Below are positions 61,620 to 64,000 of a DNA stretch of 64,000 bases, in pieces. The first letter of the stretch is position 1; each line of letters begins with the position of its first letter. The notes beneath the pieces are model-generated. The model saw only the letters and a program-made list of their open reading frames with translations. It had not been told where the DNA came from and searched no databases. The stretch comes from Vicugna vicugna (taxonomy: Eukaryota). The stretch spans positions 498,001-562,000 of the forward strand of contig MU057781.1 in assembly GCA_013265495.1 (NCBI GenBank), written 5' to 3'. The position numbers were made by a program, and so were the translations under genes.

Positions 61620-62299
61620 GGGTGGAGAGAAAGGAGCCCTCCTACACTGCTGGTGGGGGTCCCACTCCTGGGCATGTATCCAGAGGGGATTCTGATTTGA
61701 AAAGACACCTGCACCCCAGTGTTCACAGCAGCACTATTTACAACAGCCAAGAAGACATGGAAGCAACGTAAGTGTCCATCAATAGATGACTGAATAAGGA
61801 AGTTGTGGTATATTTATGCAATGGAATACTACTCAGCCATTAAAAAGAATAAAATAATACCATTGGCAGCAACGCATGGACCTAGAGATGATTATGTTAA
61901 GTGAAGTATGTCAGATGGAGAAAGACAAATATCATATGATGTCACTTACTTGTGGAATCTAAAAAAAAGACACACATTTTATTTACAAACAAGAAACAGA
62001 CTCACAGATATAGAAAACAAACTGGTTACCTGGGGTAAAGGGGTGGGGGAGGGATAGATTAGGAGTTTGGGATTAACAGATAAACATTATTATATATAAA
62101 ATAGATAAACAACAAGGACCTACCATATAGAACAAGGAACTATATTCAATTTTTTGTAATGAGCTGTTATGGAAAAGAAATCGAAATATATATGTATGTC
62201 TGTATGTATGTAACTGAACCGCTTTGCTGCACATCTGAAACTAACATTGTAAATTGACTACACTTCAATTAAAAAAATAAGAATTAAAAAAAAAAAAAC
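61620..62299 (+). mobile_element. LINE-1 3' end with poly-A tail
   Basis: AAGGAGCCCTCCTACACTGCTGGTGGG...ATGGAATACTACTCAGCCAT...CTACACTTCAATTAAAAAAAT. Confidence 0.9.
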
Positions 62300-62729
62300 A
62301 TAGAGACACTAAATGCAGATGAAGCCAGGTTTCCAGCAGGAGGTCCTGCCCCAGAGGTGGGGTCTTGCCCACAGGTGTGATCAGGCCTCACCGTCTCTTC
62401 TCACTCAGCCCTCTCCTCCTGCCCGGCTCTCTGCTGCCCGGGCTCTGCCATCTCCCGCCGTGTCCCCCGGCTCTGTCTCCAGGCACTGTCCCTGGGCTAT
62501 CGGGCCTTACAGCACTCAGCCCTGGCGCTCATTTGGATCCTGTCCTCACCTGCATTTCAGGTGAGAGCCCACATGTGCTCTCAGGTGGACTGTGGTCCAC
62601 ACGGGACAGATTCCTTTCTTCCCTGTAAGGCTGGCTAATAAAACACGATTGATTCCTTTTGTAAAGGAGGTACAGGGGATTGGGACCAGGACCTCACACG
62701 CCCTACCCCTGAGCTAGACCCACGCCCCC

Positions 62730-63172
62730 TTTTTTAAACTGAAGTGTGGTCAACTTACTATGTGTTAGTTTCTGGTGTACAGCATAGGGATTCAGTTATA
62801 CACATATATATTCATTTTTAGACATGTTTATTATCTGATCCCATTTTTATTTTTAGTTCTTCTCATTCAAGAATACAAAGACTTAATTTTGAGGGGGTTA
62901 ATTAGGTTTTTATTTACTTAATTAATTTTTAGAGGCAGTGCTGGGGACTGAACCCAGGACCTTGTACATGCTAAGCATGTGCTCTACCACTTGAGCTACC
63001 TGCTCCCCGCCCCATATATATTCTTTTTCGGATTCTTTTTCATCGCCATTTACTACAAGCCATTGAATATAGTTCCCTGTGCTGCACAGTAGGACCTTGC
63101 TGTTTATCTGTTCTGCACATAGTAGTGTGCGTCTGTTAATCCCAAACTCCTAATCTTTCCCTCCCCTCTCCC
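62730..63172 (-). mobile_element. LINE-1 3'UTR fragment, tail-to-tail with the preceding L1; a partial SINE head lies at about 62666-62728 (minus)
   Basis: GTTTCTGGTGTACAGCATAG.GATTCAGTTATACA...TTGAATATAGTTCCCTGTGCT...GTTAATCCCAAACTCCTAAT. Confidence 0.8.
62815..63012 (-). mobile_element. Vic-1-like SINE nested in the L1 fragment
   Basis: Reverse head GGGGACTGAACCCAGGACCTTGTACATGCTAAGCATGTGCTCTACCAC; TSD CATATATATTC at 62803-62813 and 63013-63023. Confidence 0.8.
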
Positions 63173-64000
63173 ACAATGGATGCTTTCTGATGATCCTTTA
63201 AAAAACACTCGTGTTTATGTATTTACATTGCGTGGAGTTGCTGCACAGCTCTAGGTAAGTTGCAGGGATGCCATGGCGACCCCCCACTGTGAAAGTTAGA
63301 CGCTTTTGACGCCTGAGTCTGCCCAGCACTGTGTGCTTAGTTGGCACTTTGGGATGCTGCTCCTGCTCATGAAATTTGGTGCCCCCCCACCCTCGTGCCG
63401 CCCATTCTGTTGGACGCCCAGGAGGCTGTCGCACTGTTGTCCCACAGTGGCCATCGTGGCTGCCTTTGCATGAGGACTGGGGTGAGGACTGCAGGGGAGC
63501 CCGCAGAGCAGTGCCGAGGAGTAACCACCACCCCCTCACTGAGCATTGCCTTCCTGCTGCCCAGGGGGAGGGGTGTGAGGGGACAGGAGCTGGGGGTAGG
63601 ACAGCCAGTGCTCCCACTGCTGAGACAGCTTCTGGACGTCTTCTCAGGTCAGACCAGTGTGATTGGCCAAGCCCCGGCCAGGGCCTTTCCTGCTTGGTCA
63701 CCTTGGAAATGGGGATCCCAGTGCCCAGGAGTGGGCACTCCTTGCTCACTCTCATGCCCTTGGAGATCATAAGGACCTTATAAGGTTGAAGCGTTGCTCG
63801 GGACCCGACACTGTCCCCCGGCCCACTCCCGCCAGTTCCCCAGACCAGCGGTCTCCAAACCCGGCAGCCCAACCACATTGCCTGTGAGCCTTCCAAGGGT
63901 TCCGTTCCTGGTCCAGCCCAGGCCCACTGAGTCCTGGGACGGCACAAGGATGCAGCCTCTGAGACAAGATTCCTGGTGATTCTGAAAGACGCACTGACTT

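Noticed and set aside
56000..64000. JAKMIP3 exons (next gene in human synteny) and TATAAA at 61135
   Set aside because: No translation resembling JAKMIP3 was seen; the TATA motif has no supporting exon or CpG island

Overview
Mammalian genomic DNA, GC-rich and probably subtelomeric. It is most likely camelid, judging by the abundant tRNA-Ala-derived Vic-1-like SINEs. The window covers the conserved PPP2R2D-BNIP3 tail-to-tail neighbourhood. BNIP3 (minus strand, 6 exons, 585 nt, 194 aa) is fully intact. The PPP2R2D copy (plus strand, 7780-37001; PP2A B55-delta regulatory subunit) keeps all ten exons in order but is disabled. It has frameshifting indels in exons 2, 3, 6, 7, 9 and 10, a dead exon-2 acceptor, two GT>GG donors, a degraded U12-type intron and many substitutions at conserved WD40 residues. 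Its CpG-island promoter (CRE, YY1, NRF1, CCAAT, GC boxes) still looks intact. The best candidate for something new is an in-situ loss of PPP2R2D that may still be transcribed, with lesions skewed A/T>G/C. The rest is L1, L2, MIR, LTR, hAT-Charlie and SINE repeats plus a 48-nt N gap in the BNIP3 promoter. Comparisons to human sequences and repeat subfamily names are from memory and need alignment to confirm.
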